A DNA stretch of 62,963 bases, the filler included. It is 2 parts of 2 records of this genome, joined end to end, with 100 filler letters (N's around TTAATTAATTAA, not from the genome) between each part and the next. Parts side by side here need not be neighbours in the genome. Positions count along the whole stretch, not along the records: positions 31,189 to 62,963 come from SRR20825006_333; 1 more part is not named here. The stretch is one strand, 5' to 3'. A program made the translations under genes and the position numbers. A model generated the notes under the pieces. That model was not told the DNA's origin, searched no databases, and worked only from the letters and a program-made list of their open reading frames with translations. Below, piece by piece: positions 45,737 to 56,889 of the stretch. Each line of letters begins with the position of its first letter. Positions within the stretch are counted from its first letter, which is position 1.

Positions 45737-47113
45737 ATGACACATAATCTCAAATCCTTTTTAGTCTGGCTGGCTGGCCTGACCCTGATCGCCCAGGTCG
45801 CCAGCGCTGCACTGCCACTGGACTGGTTTGCCGATGAAGGTAAAATGCCGACGCTGGCACCGATGCTGGACCGCTCCAAACCGGCCGTGGTCAACATCGC
45901 GACCCGCAGCCAGGTTCGTGTCCAGGATAATCCCCTGCTCAATGACCCGTTCTTCCGACACTTTTTCAACCTGCCGGAGCAACCCAGGGTCCGTCCCCGC
46001 CAGAGCCTTGGCTCAGGCGTCATTATTGATGCAAAAGAAGGGCTGGTCATCACCAATAATCACGTGATTCGGGGTGCCGATGAAATTACCGTGTCACTCA
46101 ACGATGGCCGTAACTTTCAGGCTGAAATCGTCGGTACCGATCCGGCGACTGATGTCGCTTTGATAAAGATTCCCTCGGAAAACCTGTCCGCATTGCCACT
46201 GGCAGACTCGGAGTCACTGCGTGTCGGTGACTTTGTGGTCGCTATAGGTAATCCATTCGGTCTCGGACAGACGGTCACTTCCGGTATTGTCAGCGCCCTG
46301 GGCCGCAGTGGTCTGGGCATTGAAGGTTATGAGAATTTCATCCAGACCGACGCCTCAATCAACCCCGGTAACTCAGGGGGTGCACTGGTTAACCTGCGCG
46401 GTGAACTGGTCGGCGTTAATACCGCCATCTTCTCACCGGGACAAAACCCGGGGAATATCGGGATCGGCTTTGCTATCCCCAGCAATCTGGTCAAGCAAAT
46501 CAGCGATCAATTACTGGAATTCGGGGAAGTCCGCCGGGCTTATCTTGGTGTCCAGATGCAGGACATCACGCCGGAACTGGCTAATGCTTTTGATATCGAC
46601 CAGCAGGAAGGTGCCGTGGTGACCCATGTAGTGCCCGACTCTGCCGCGGATGAGGCCGGCCTGAGGGTGGGCGACATCATTACCGCCGTCGACGGTGCCC
46701 GTCTTGCCAATGCGGACAGCCTGCGCAATACCATCGGCCTGATGGTAGTCGGTCAGGAAGTGGAACTGTCGATTATCCGTGACGGTGACGAGAAAACGCT
46801 GAGCGCTGAGGTCAAACAAACCCGTCAGACCGAAGCTAACGGCACGGTGCACCCCAAACTCTCCGGTGCCACCTTTGGTGATATCGAAGAGGGTTCTCCT
46901 TATTACGGTAAAGTCGAAGGCGTCATGGTCTACTCGGTCAAACGCGGCAGCCCAGCCTGGAATGCCGGGCTTCGCAGTGAAGATCTGATTACCTCAGTCA
47001 ATCGCCAGCCTGTTGAGAGTCTTGAGGCTTTTAAGCCGATGGTTCAAAACGCGCAACAATTACTACTCAATATCGTCCGTGGCCGTCAGGCGATGTTTTT
47101 ACTGTTGAAGTAA
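45737..47113 (+). CDS. degQ: Periplasmic serine protease DegQ/DegP
   Basis: TNNHV, DVAL, GNSGG catalytic triad motifs; two PDZ domains. Confidence 0.88.
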   Translation: MTHNLKSFLVWLAGLTLIAQVASAALPLDWFADEGKMPTLAPMLDRSKPAVVNIATRSQVRVQDNPLLNDPFFRHFFNLPEQPRVRPRQSLGSGVIIDAKEGLVITNNHVIRGADEITVSLNDGRNFQAEIVGTDPATDVALIKIPSENLSALPLADSESLRVGDFVVAIGNPFGLGQTVTSGIVSALGRSGLGIEGYENFIQTDASINPGNSGGALVNLRGELVGVNTAIFSPGQNPGNIGIGFAIPSNLVKQISDQLLEFGEVRRAYLGVQMQDITPELANAFDIDQQEGAVVTHVVPDSAADEAGLRVGDIITAVDGARLANADSLRNTIGLMVVGQEVELSIIRDGDEKTLSAEVKQTRQTEANGTVHPKLSGATFGDIEEGSPYYGKVEGVMVYSVKRGSPAWNAGLRSEDLITSVNRQPVESLEAFKPMVQNAQQLLLNIVRGRQAMFLLLK

Positions 47114-47160
47114 TGTTTAAGCTGGAACCCACTCTGCTGTTTTCACGGCAGTGTGGGTTT

Positions 47161-47751
47161 TTATAGGTCACGCTCCAGCGTCAGGCGCTGGCTATAGACA
47201 AAAACGCCATTTGAAAACAGCTGCCAGTCAACGGTGATCTGGTCTTCATTCTCAATCCCGATTTGAGAGAACACTTCCACATAGCGGGTCCCCGTCTGCC
47301 TGCCCTGCAATGTTCGCCGCTCCCGCTCACTGGCACTGATGGCACGGTCATTGATTCTGAGTGAATACATACTGCCCTTATTCATCAGAAACACAGACTC
47401 ACTTTCCACAAAGCTATCGCGGTAGGTTTTACTCATGGAAATTAAAAACAAAGCCGTATTGGAATCTTTAACCTCGGCCTCTACTTCCGCTTCGCGGTAA
47501 ACCGGTTCCGGCGCTTCCCTGTCGCCTTCGCAGATAATCTCAGACAGATAACCATCCCACTCGCCTTGCAGATCTGCCACCACCTCAAGGCCGGGCTCAT
47601 CACCCTGAACCACAATTCGGTTTGCAGTGTCAGTGAAATAAGCGTCGCCCATTTGCAAATAGCTCGGCGATGGCTCAAAGCAGTAAAAAGCCTGCACAGA
47701 GGTCGATAAAAATAAGGCCGTTAACAATCCTGCACAACGTATCAGGAACAT
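47161..47751 (-). CDS. Exported hypothetical protein
   Basis: RBS, signal peptide ending VQA, beta-strand-rich body. Confidence 0.6.
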   Translation of the reverse strand: MFLIRCAGLLTALFLSTSVQAFYCFEPSPSYLQMGDAYFTDTANRIVVQGDEPGLEVVADLQGEWDGYLSEIICEGDREAPEPVYREAEVEAEVKDSNTALFLISMSKTYRDSFVESESVFLMNKGSMYSLRINDRAISASERERRTLQGRQTGTRYVEVFSQIGIENEDQITVDWQLFSNGVFVYSQRLTLERDL

Positions 47752-47857
47752 GGCACCCTCCTGCAGTGTTGATACTGCTAGGACAACACAAAAAACAATT
47801 TATCCGCAGGGCTGTTGCGGCTGATTGATTGAGCTTATAAGCTGGACTTGAAGCTGA

Positions 47858-49264
<1,407 letters not shown>

Positions 49265-49306
49265 ACCTTGAGGTAAACCCGCCTTTCTGCATGAAAGGCG
49301 GATGAG

Positions 49307-50224
49307 CTAGAAGACTTTTCTGAAGCCGGAGATAGCCGCAATAACCAAGCTGCCTGCCAGCAGGCCTACCAACGCACTAAACAGCATGGGCAGTAGCATT
49401 GCCATTAGCAAACCCAGATTATGTGTAAGTGGTTCTAGCAGATGGTGCAGAAACGGCAGGCCGTGAACCAGAATGCCGCCGCCAACAAGAAACATCGCCA
49501 GCATGCCCAGCAATGAGAGTAAGGACATGAACCTAGGGGCAATAAACAATATTCCCCGCCCCAGCGATTGTTTGAAGCGCTCAAAAGCATTACTGCCGGC
49601 ATTATCAAGTAAAGCCAGACCGGCATCATCAAACTTCACTATGCCCGCAACCAGGCCATACACCCCGACAGTCATCGCCAGTGCTATCAATGACACGACC
49701 AGCAGCTGGGTTTTGAAATCAGCCGCCTGCGCCACGCCCAGGGCAATCACAATAATCTCGGCAGAAAGAATAAAGTCAGTACGGATAGCGCCCTTGATTT
49801 TTTCTTTTTCAAAGGCCTTGATATCAACTTCGGGCTCACTGACCGCTTTCACCAGTTGCTGGTGATGCGCCTTATCCTCAGCCTTGTCATGCAACCATTT
49901 ATGGGCGATTTTTTCTGTGCCCTCATAGCAAAGATAGAGACCGCCCAGCATCAGCAAAACGGTGACCAGCATGGGCATGGTGGCACTAATCAGCAAAGCC
50001 AGCGGCACCAGTATCAACTTATTGATGAATGATCCCTTGGCGACTGCCCAAACTACCGGCAGCTCGCGGTTGGCCCTGACGCCACTCACCTGCTGGGCAT
50101 TCAGTGCCAGATCGTCACCCAGTACCCCGGCCGTTTTCTTCGCCGCCACTTTTGTCATCAGCGACACATCATCCAGCAAGGTCGCAATGTCATCCAGTAG
50201 TGCGAGTAGACCTGCACTTGCCAT
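49307..50224 (-). CDS. DUF808 inner-membrane protein (YedI-like)
   Basis: LLDDIA, KTAGVLGDDLA, GAIRTDFILSAEI. Confidence 0.88.
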   Translation of the reverse strand: MASAGLLALLDDIATLLDDVSLMTKVAAKKTAGVLGDDLALNAQQVSGVRANRELPVVWAVAKGSFINKLILVPLALLISATMPMLVTVLLMLGGLYLCYEGTEKIAHKWLHDKAEDKAHHQQLVKAVSEPEVDIKAFEKEKIKGAIRTDFILSAEIIVIALGVAQAADFKTQLLVVSLIALAMTVGVYGLVAGIVKFDDAGLALLDNAGSNAFERFKQSLGRGILFIAPRFMSLLSLLGMLAMFLVGGGILVHGLPFLHHLLEPLTHNLGLLMAMLLPMLFSALVGLLAGSLVIAAISGFRKVF

Positions 50225-50309
50225 GGTTTGCTCCTTTTCAAAGTTATCCGCCAAGCCTAGGGGCTCAGGTGAATAAAGTCTATTACCGGGATCAGAACGA
50301 CAGGAAAGA

Positions 50310-50332
50310 AAAGGCCCCGGGAACGGGGCCTT
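50310..50332 (-). terminator. Terminator hairpin after TonB receptor
   Basis: AAGGCCCCG-ggaa-CGGGGCCTT with an adjacent T-rich tract on the minus strand. Confidence 0.65.
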
Positions 50333-50340
50333 GTAGAGGA

Positions 50341-52464
50341 TTAGAAGTGATAGTAAGCGTTGGCAGTGACGTTGCGTCTTTCACCAAAACCGCAGTCCCG
50401 ACCCGACCCGCGACACCAGGAAACATATTCCTCATCGGTCAGGTTCTTGGCATCCACTGTGAAGTCCCAGTTTTTATAGCTGTAACCTATCATCGCATCA
50501 TATAAAGTTTCTGATGGGACCTTCGGGCCAGCACCATTGCCGTAATCTGAACCGACATTGTTACCAATGTAGCGAACGCCGGCACCGATACGCCAGTTAC
50601 TGTTCAGATAATATTTGTTCCACCAGGAGGCGACTTTCTCGGAAACATAAGGCAAACGTTCACCGGTCTCGCCATTGTCCGCATTCAGGTCGGTATAGCT
50701 GAACTGAGTTTCGAACTGGTTCCAGCGTTTATTGACCTGTAACTCCCAGCCATCAATGGTCGCACCAGTCTGTTCAACACCATCAGGTATATCACCCGCC
50801 TGCACACGATTGGTCTGGAGAATATCGAAATAGGCGGCTGTGATAGCCAGGCTTTTATCATCAGACAGGTACTTGAAACCATATTCACGCTGTTTACCCG
50901 TGGTTGGTTTCAATGTGCTTTCTTCACTGGTTCCCAGATTCATGGTGAAGGCTTCAGCGTAACTGGCGTAAGGTGAGAAACCATTTTCAAAGCGATACAT
51001 GACACCAACCCGACCCGTTGTTTCATTTTCATCGCTGGTCACGTTTTCACCTACTTCAGCCAGCAGGGTATTTTTAGCCCAGTCACGGCGCAGTGCCGCC
51101 GAGATCACCACCGGGCCGATTTCCATATGGTCCGCAACATAGAAGCCAACCTGTCTGATCTGATTATCATTGGGATTGGTCGGATTGAGCACACTGGGAT
51201 CAAAGTTGCCATAGACCGGATTGTAGAGATTCAGAGGTGTACTGGCGGCAAAGCCGGAGTTCTCTGTTTCCCAGACAGCGTCCTGACGATCAACACCAAT
51301 CGCCACCGTGTGATTGGTCACACCCAGATCAAACTCACCCTGCAGACGCGCATCCAGGTTAAAAATCCGGGTATGCCGATCAGCTGTCGTAATAACACGG
51401 TTCATATCACCATTTGGTTGTGGATCAACCTGGGCATATGCTGTTGTGTAATGTTCTCTGGTAAAAGTGCTGGACTCTGTGTAACGAGCCGTCGTTGAGA
51501 AAGACCAGTTATCAGTAAAGCTGTGATCAAACATCAGTGTGACTTCAGTCTTTTCACGGTCGTATTTATCCCAGCCCGGCTCACCGACAAAGGTCTCGGA
51601 ACCGACATAACCCAGTGGTCCGCGATCCAGCGTCCCTGACTGCGGCAGGAACTGGGCAGATACCTGACCTTTATTCATCTGGCGGTTAAACAGCACAGTA
51701 AAGCTGGTGTCATCTGTGGGTCGCCAGGTTAATGATGGCGCAATAAAAAAACCGTCATCATCGACATGATCAACCTGAGTCTGGCTATCACGCTCAAGAC
51801 CGACAACCCGGTAGAGCAATTTGCCATCTTCCGTCGCCGGACCGGTGACATCAAAGGCCAGTTGCTTACGGTGGAAAGAACCATACTGGGCCCAGATTTC
51901 ACCCTGCTGTTCCGCTTTAGGCAGTTTGGAAACCGAATTTACAATGCCGCCCAGTTCACCTTGACCGTAAAGTACCGAAGAAGGCCCTTTCAGTACTTCA
52001 ATACTTTCCAGTGCATAAACGTTAGGGCGAACCGTGTTGTAGAAACCGTAGAGCTGGCGCAGGCCATCGACATATTGGGAAGGATCTATACCCCGAACCT
52101 TGGCGGAGTCACCACGGGTATCCAGACCAAAACCTCCGGCATAGACCCCCGAACTATACAGCAGGGCATCCTGAATCGTTTTGGCACCGGTATCCTTAAT
52201 GAATTCCTGGTCAACGATTTCGATGGAGTACGGCGTATCCTGAATGGGCACATTCAGCTTGCCGACATCGGGCTGCTTTTCCAGCTCGATATAACCGTTC
52301 TTGTCGATTTCGCCGGTGGTCACTTCAACCCTGGGCAGTTCAACCGCTTTTTGTTCAGATTCTGTTTCGGCGAGGACATTGAAACTGCCGAAGAGCATGA
52401 GTGGCAGCACAGCCAGACGAAAAGCCGGTGCCAGTCTAGCAGCAGGCTGAGTGGATGATGTCAT
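50341..52464 (-). CDS. TonB-dependent siderophore receptor (FhuA/FoxA-like)
   Basis: DTPYSI, IEVLKGPSSVLYG, PYASYAE.F, KNLTD, terminal F. Confidence 0.9.
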   Translation of the reverse strand: MTSSTQPAARLAPAFRLAVLPLMLFGSFNVLAETESEQKAVELPRVEVTTGEIDKNGYIELEKQPDVGKLNVPIQDTPYSIEIVDQEFIKDTGAKTIQDALLYSSGVYAGGFGLDTRGDSAKVRGIDPSQYVDGLRQLYGFYNTVRPNVYALESIEVLKGPSSVLYGQGELGGIVNSVSKLPKAEQQGEIWAQYGSFHRKQLAFDVTGPATEDGKLLYRVVGLERDSQTQVDHVDDDGFFIAPSLTWRPTDDTSFTVLFNRQMNKGQVSAQFLPQSGTLDRGPLGYVGSETFVGEPGWDKYDREKTEVTLMFDHSFTDNWSFSTTARYTESSTFTREHYTTAYAQVDPQPNGDMNRVITTADRHTRIFNLDARLQGEFDLGVTNHTVAIGVDRQDAVWETENSGFAASTPLNLYNPVYGNFDPSVLNPTNPNDNQIRQVGFYVADHMEIGPVVISAALRRDWAKNTLLAEVGENVTSDENETTGRVGVMYRFENGFSPYASYAEAFTMNLGTSEESTLKPTTGKQREYGFKYLSDDKSLAITAAYFDILQTNRVQAGDIPDGVEQTGATIDGWELQVNKRWNQFETQFSYTDLNADNGETGERLPYVSEKVASWWNKYYLNSNWRIGAGVRYIGNNVGSDYGNGAGPKVPSETLYDAMIGYSYKNWDFTVDAKNLTDEEYVSWCRGSGRDCGFGERRNVTANAYYHF

Positions 52465-52487
52465 TGCTTTCCCTTTACTATACAACT

Positions 52488-52507
52488 AAATGATAATGAT
52501 TTGCGTT
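52488..52507. promoter_or_regulatory. Fur box
   Basis: AAATGATAATGATTTGCGTT immediately upstream of the receptor. Confidence 0.65.
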
Positions 52508-52719
52508 CGTGATCTTATGTAAGCTTGTAACAATTGTCAACACGAGAGTCTCTGAGTATCTGGGAAGCAGGGCATCAGGTCAGGCAGGTACTCTCTGTGC
52601 AAACCTTAGCTAACTGGCGTTGTCGTAGATATGTAGGACTGAAAGCCGCTGACTGTTAGACTGGAAAGCAAACACAACAACACTGGCTTTCACTTCCACA
52701 GTGATAAAGGGAGGAGAAA

Positions 52720-53502
52720 ATGAGTGTACAAAGTCATAGTCATTATACAATTCCAGCTCAATTTTCCATTAAACACACAGCCTTTATGCGGCCATTCACG
52801 TGGCTGATCAAAGGTGGACGTGATCTGGCTAAATACCCGAAAGTCAGCCTGGCACATGGCTTAATTGTTGCGGCAGTGTTCTGGATCGCCCTGCTGGTCA
52901 CCAGCATGCATGTATACGCTTTGGCTGCTGTGGTTTCCGGGTTTATGCTGATTGGCCCCATCATGGCTGCCGGACTCTGTGAAATATCGCTTCGGCTGGA
53001 GAATTCGCAACCCGTCAGTTTTGATCAATCTTTAACGGGTCTGAGCCGGAATCAGTCCGCTTTGTTCCGTTTTGCCGGTTTTCTGCTGGGTTTCAGTCTG
53101 CTCTGGTTTGTTATTTCAGGCTTGGTACTGATGGTCACTGTCGGTGAAGTTGCACCACCATTAGACAGAACGATGTGGGGGGACTTCTTTGCTTTTGCAT
53201 CACCACTGCAATCAGCCCTCTATCTGATTGTTGGCGGCCTGCTGGCAGCTATCGTCTTCACCCTGTCCGTTGTAGCCATTCCAGCCATCATCGACAGCGA
53301 TATCAAAGCGCTGGATGCCGCCTATATCAGTGCCCGTGTCGTGCTGAACAATATTCCGACTATGGTGTTGTGGGCCGGCCTGCTGGCATTGTTTACCGGT
53401 GTCGGCATTGCTAGCTTCATGATTGGCATGGTGGTGATTTTCCCGCTGTTAGGTCATGCCACATGGCATGCCTACCGGGATCTGGTGAGTAACAAAGGGT
53501 GA
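52720..53502 (+). CDS. DUF2189 membrane protein
   Basis: PF.WL..G..D, GF.L.GP..A.GL.E.S, PLLGHATWHAYRDL. Confidence 0.85.
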   Translation: MSVQSHSHYTIPAQFSIKHTAFMRPFTWLIKGGRDLAKYPKVSLAHGLIVAAVFWIALLVTSMHVYALAAVVSGFMLIGPIMAAGLCEISLRLENSQPVSFDQSLTGLSRNQSALFRFAGFLLGFSLLWFVISGLVLMVTVGEVAPPLDRTMWGDFFAFASPLQSALYLIVGGLLAAIVFTLSVVAIPAIIDSDIKALDAAYISARVVLNNIPTMVLWAGLLALFTGVGIASFMIGMVVIFPLLGHATWHAYRDLVSNKG

Positions 53503-53515
53503 TTGATGCATCTGA

Positions 53516-53544
53516 CCCCTGTCCGCCTGTTGGCGGATAGGGGT
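53516..53544. terminator. Hairpin between convergent genes
   Basis: ACCCCTGTCCGCC-tgtt-GGCGGATAGGGGT. Confidence 0.6.
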
Positions 53545-53557
53545 TCTGCATGTTTAA

Positions 53558-53962
53558 TCAGGTGAGATCGATAAACGGATTAAAAGCGATTTCCCAGTAA
53601 TAGCCTTCCGGATCCTGGAAGTAGCCGGAATAACCGCCCCAGAAAACTGGCTGACCGGACTTAATTAATCGGCCGCCGGCGGTGACAGCCTGTTCGAGTA
53701 CGGCATCGACCGCCTCCGGACTACTGACATTGTGTGCCAGCGTGAAGCTGGGCGACTCTGTCATCTCTGTCGTATTGATACCGATATCCTCAGCCAGTTC
53801 TTTTTTTGGGTACAAAGCCAGCCAGGTTCCCGCCAGTTCAAAAAAGCTCACACCTTCGCTCTCAAAATTAAACTGGGGTAATTCGAGACCATCGCGGTAA
53901 AAAGCCGTCGCAACTTCTAAATCTTCGACCCCAAGCGTAATCATGCTGATTTTGGGTTTCAT
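53558..53962 (-). CDS. VOC/glyoxalase family protein
   Basis: ITLGV.D, FYRDGL, TLAHNV, FWGGYSGYFQDPEG..WE. Confidence 0.88.
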   Translation of the reverse strand: MKPKISMITLGVEDLEVATAFYRDGLELPQFNFESEGVSFFELAGTWLALYPKKELAEDIGINTTEMTESPSFTLAHNVSSPEAVDAVLEQAVTAGGRLIKSGQPVFWGGYSGYFQDPEGYYWEIAFNPFIDLT

Positions 53963-53970
53963 CTGAGTCT

Positions 53971-54543
53971 CTATCCCTGTCGTGAGTTGTAGAGCATGCC
54001 ACCCTGATTTACATAGGCTCGAAGCACAGCCGCCGCCTTATCCCGGTGAACGCCGCTGATGACTTTTATGTGTCTGTCTTCCAGCGCTTTTTGCCAGTCA
54101 TCCGGTTTGGGGCCTTCATCAAAGCCGATGGCTCTTGCATCAGCATCGGTCGCGCCGGATACAACCTGACGTACACCGGACCAGGGTATAGCACCGAAGC
54201 ACATGGCGCAGGGCTCACAGGTGGTGACTAGGGATAGATCCGGTTTTGCAGCACCCAAATCATAATGACCCCGGGTCTGTTGCGCCATAGACAAAGCAAC
54301 CATTTCAGCATGCAGAATCGACAGCTTCTTTGAAGTCACCAGATTCACACCCAGTGCCACCAGCTTACCCGTATCAATTTCAAACACCGCGGCAGCAAAA
54401 GGACCACCACTATCGTATTGGATGTTGAGGCGGGACACATCGATCAGAAAGTCCATCTGAGCCTCGATGTCGGTCGTGTTCTGGTAAGACTGCTGATATC
54501 GCAGCAGCCACTTGGGCAGTTCGAATTGAATCAAAGTCTCCAT
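53971..54543 (-). CDS. Zinc-dependent nucleoside/guanine deaminase family protein
   Basis: GGPF.A, HAE, EPCAMC, GFDEG. Confidence 0.85.
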   Translation of the reverse strand: METLIQFELPKWLLRYQQSYQNTTDIEAQMDFLIDVSRLNIQYDSGGPFAAAVFEIDTGKLVALGVNLVTSKKLSILHAEMVALSMAQQTRGHYDLGAAKPDLSLVTTCEPCAMCFGAIPWSGVRQVVSGATDADARAIGFDEGPKPDDWQKALEDRHIKVISGVHRDKAAAVLRAYVNQGGMLYNSRQG

Positions 54544-54646
54544 TCCTGAATCCACTCAAATCATTAAATGATGAGCTCACTTTAGCATGTTTAAAAGCTG
54601 TCTGAATTCACCGTTCCCTGTGCACCAGTCGACAATTTTTTCATGT

Positions 54647-54661
54647 TTTACAAACTTTTAC
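54647..54661. promoter_or_regulatory. CpxR-like direct repeat
   Basis: TTTAC-aaact-TTTAC, which reads GTAAA-N5-GTAAA on the minus strand. Confidence 0.45.
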
Positions 54662-54737
54662 ATTGCTTAACACAAACTTTCCAGGCGGAGGATTATTGTA
54701 TTAATCATGACCTTTTGTGTAGAGCGAGGTAAACGCG

Positions 54738-55097
54738 ATGCGACATCTTATTAAATCAAAAATATTAGCAGTGAGCCTGTTTTCAGGCCTGATGCTGGCC
54801 CTGGCTGCCAATCCTGCCAAAGCCGGCGATCTCAGCATCGGAATTGGATTCAACCTCGGCTATCCGGGCTACCACAACAGCTATTATCCGGACAGCTATG
54901 TGATTCATTACCGCGATTATGATCGTCACCGCCATGGATATAATAAGCATTGGAAGCACCACAAAAAACACTGGAAACATCATGACAGACATTATCGCGG
55001 CCATGGCAAACATCATTACCGGAGCCACGACAGGCATTCCTACCGGCATGACCGCCGCTATGACAGAGACTACCGTGATCATCGTTATTACCGCTAG
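54738..55097 (+). CDS. Exported His/Arg/Tyr-rich low-complexity protein
   Basis: GAGG RBS, signal peptide ending AKA, HWKHHKKHWKHH...HDRRYDRDY tail. Confidence 0.7.
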   Translation: MRHLIKSKILAVSLFSGLMLALAANPAKAGDLSIGIGFNLGYPGYHNSYYPDSYVIHYRDYDRHRHGYNKHWKHHKKHWKHHDRHYRGHGKHHYRSHDRHSYRHDRRYDRDYRDHRYYR

Positions 55098-55123
55098 GCA
55101 GGCAGGACGACAGGGAGGTCGTC

Positions 55124-55759
55124 CTAACTTTGTTGTTCCAGCAGCCATTTCGCGATATTAAGCTGTTCTGCCCAATCTCCCTCAATGGCTTTAAAGCCGT
55201 ATTGGCCGGAAAAGGCACTCGAACACACAAGATCAGGTGAAACCGTTTCCAGTACAGACAGACTTTCAATCAGCTGATCCCGATCGCTGAAGGGCAATAA
55301 GCCCGGTCTCAAACCGGTATCACTCCAATACAGCGTGTCACCGGTAAAAAGCACTGTTTTGCCCTCTGACAACTTCGCCAGAAAACAACAGCTGCCGGGC
55401 GTATGGCCCGGGGTCGGAATGACTTCCAGATCATCAAACAGCCATTGCCGCTGTTCGAAAATAATATCCGGCTGACAGACCTCAGCAAATTCTTCCAGCT
55501 CTGCCTGATGACCGCCAAACCTGGCTGAATAACGCTCCCTGATTTGAATGATTGACTCGCCCAACTCATCGCGATGACTAAGCAGTTGATAGGCCACACC
55601 GCCCAAATCTTCCATCTGTTGGATATCGTTTTGCTGACTGGTGTTATAAAACAGCACATTACCCTCATCACGCGTCCACAGATAGGCGTGCGTAGTGAGA
55701 CCGGGAAAAGGACTCTCAACAGCGGTTTCCCAGAGATCAGACTGAATTTGCTTCATCAT
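55124..55759 (-). CDS. MBL-fold metallo-hydrolase
   Basis: LSHRD, TPGHTPGS, FTGD. Confidence 0.8.
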   Translation of the reverse strand: MMKQIQSDLWETAVESPFPGLTTHAYLWTRDEGNVLFYNTSQQNDIQQMEDLGGVAYQLLSHRDELGESIIQIRERYSARFGGHQAELEEFAEVCQPDIIFEQRQWLFDDLEVIPTPGHTPGSCCFLAKLSEGKTVLFTGDTLYWSDTGLRPGLLPFSDRDQLIESLSVLETVSPDLVCSSAFSGQYGFKAIEGDWAEQLNIAKWLLEQQS

Positions 55760-55811
55760 GCCCCTCCGTTTATTTGGAGCATGTAATCAGTTTAGCGGAT
55801 TTTAAAACCCG

Positions 55812-56807
55812 CTAGGCAACTTCCGGCAGCCGGCGCTGCCAGGAGCCGGGCAGAGCCTGCACCAACTGGCGGCGCGCCTTGTGCCAGAAGCCTGAAAGCA
55901 GCAGCAGAGAAAAGCCAATGACCACCCCGACGTAGGCAAAACTGTCGCCGGCAAGGCCATAGGTATCCAGCAGTTCAGTCAGTGCCGCGAGCACATAAAT
56001 CAGCGATGACACCATAAAGGCGCGTCTGTCGATTACCAATGAAATCACCGTCAGTACCAGATACAGCAGCAGCACAACCGCCAGATCCAGCGTTGTCTGG
56101 GTACCTTCAAAAATCCCGAGGTTGCTGAACACCGGATGCACAATCAAGGGGGCGGCAGTCAGGTGAAGCCAGAATGCCACATCCGAGCGCCCACTCACCC
56201 GCTTCAAGTCTGCCATATCCCATCGCATGGCGAGCAGAAAAACAGCAATACCGCCGGCAAACATCAGACTGTTCAGATAATCACGCAGTACCGGCATCAT
56301 ATAAATCAGTGCCGCCAGCACAAAAGCGACCGCCGTCGCAGCGCCCGCTGCCACCGTGATCGGTACATGGAAACGGGTCCAGTGCAGCCAGGCACCAAAG
56401 GTCGCCCCCAACCCCGCCAGCATAAAGGCCTTTTCATCCGGAAAACCGAAGAAAAGCACGATAGCAGCAAAAACATTACCGACAAAGGCCACCAGCAGCA
56501 CAATCGCTGGCAGGGCCATCTTGCGTTTAAGCACAAAAAACTCGGCCAGTCCCCATGACAAAGCAGCAACAACCGCAGCCGACAAGGCCGGACTGATACC
56601 CTGCAGTACCCAACCCGCCGACAGCAATAACAGCAGGCAGGCAATCACGACGAAAATATCGTTAAAGCTGGTAATCAGGCGGAAGTCTTCTTCATCAGCT
56701 GCATGCGTATGATCACGCTGTGAAATAAAGTCCCGAAACTGCGTCACCGCAGTACGGCTGAAAATCCCCTTATCGACTGCCTGTTCCAGATCGTCATCGG
56801 TATACAT
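55812..56807 (-). CDS. Multi-pass membrane protein of unknown function
   Basis: About nine TM helices; DEEDFRLITSFNDIF and AFWLH motifs. Confidence 0.75.
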   Translation of the reverse strand: MYTDDDLEQAVDKGIFSRTAVTQFRDFISQRDHTHAADEEDFRLITSFNDIFVVIACLLLLLSAGWVLQGISPALSAAVVAALSWGLAEFFVLKRKMALPAIVLLVAFVGNVFAAIVLFFGFPDEKAFMLAGLGATFGAWLHWTRFHVPITVAAGAATAVAFVLAALIYMMPVLRDYLNSLMFAGGIAVFLLAMRWDMADLKRVSGRSDVAFWLHLTAAPLIVHPVFSNLGIFEGTQTTLDLAVVLLLYLVLTVISLVIDRRAFMVSSLIYVLAALTELLDTYGLAGDSFAYVGVVIGFSLLLLSGFWHKARRQLVQALPGSWQRRLPEVA

Positions 56808-56889
56808 ATCAAGCCTCGTTTTTAATCGCTGTCATAATCAGGTTATCCTGCCTTTTAGTCGCTCTGACAGATTGAGACAGGATACAGGT

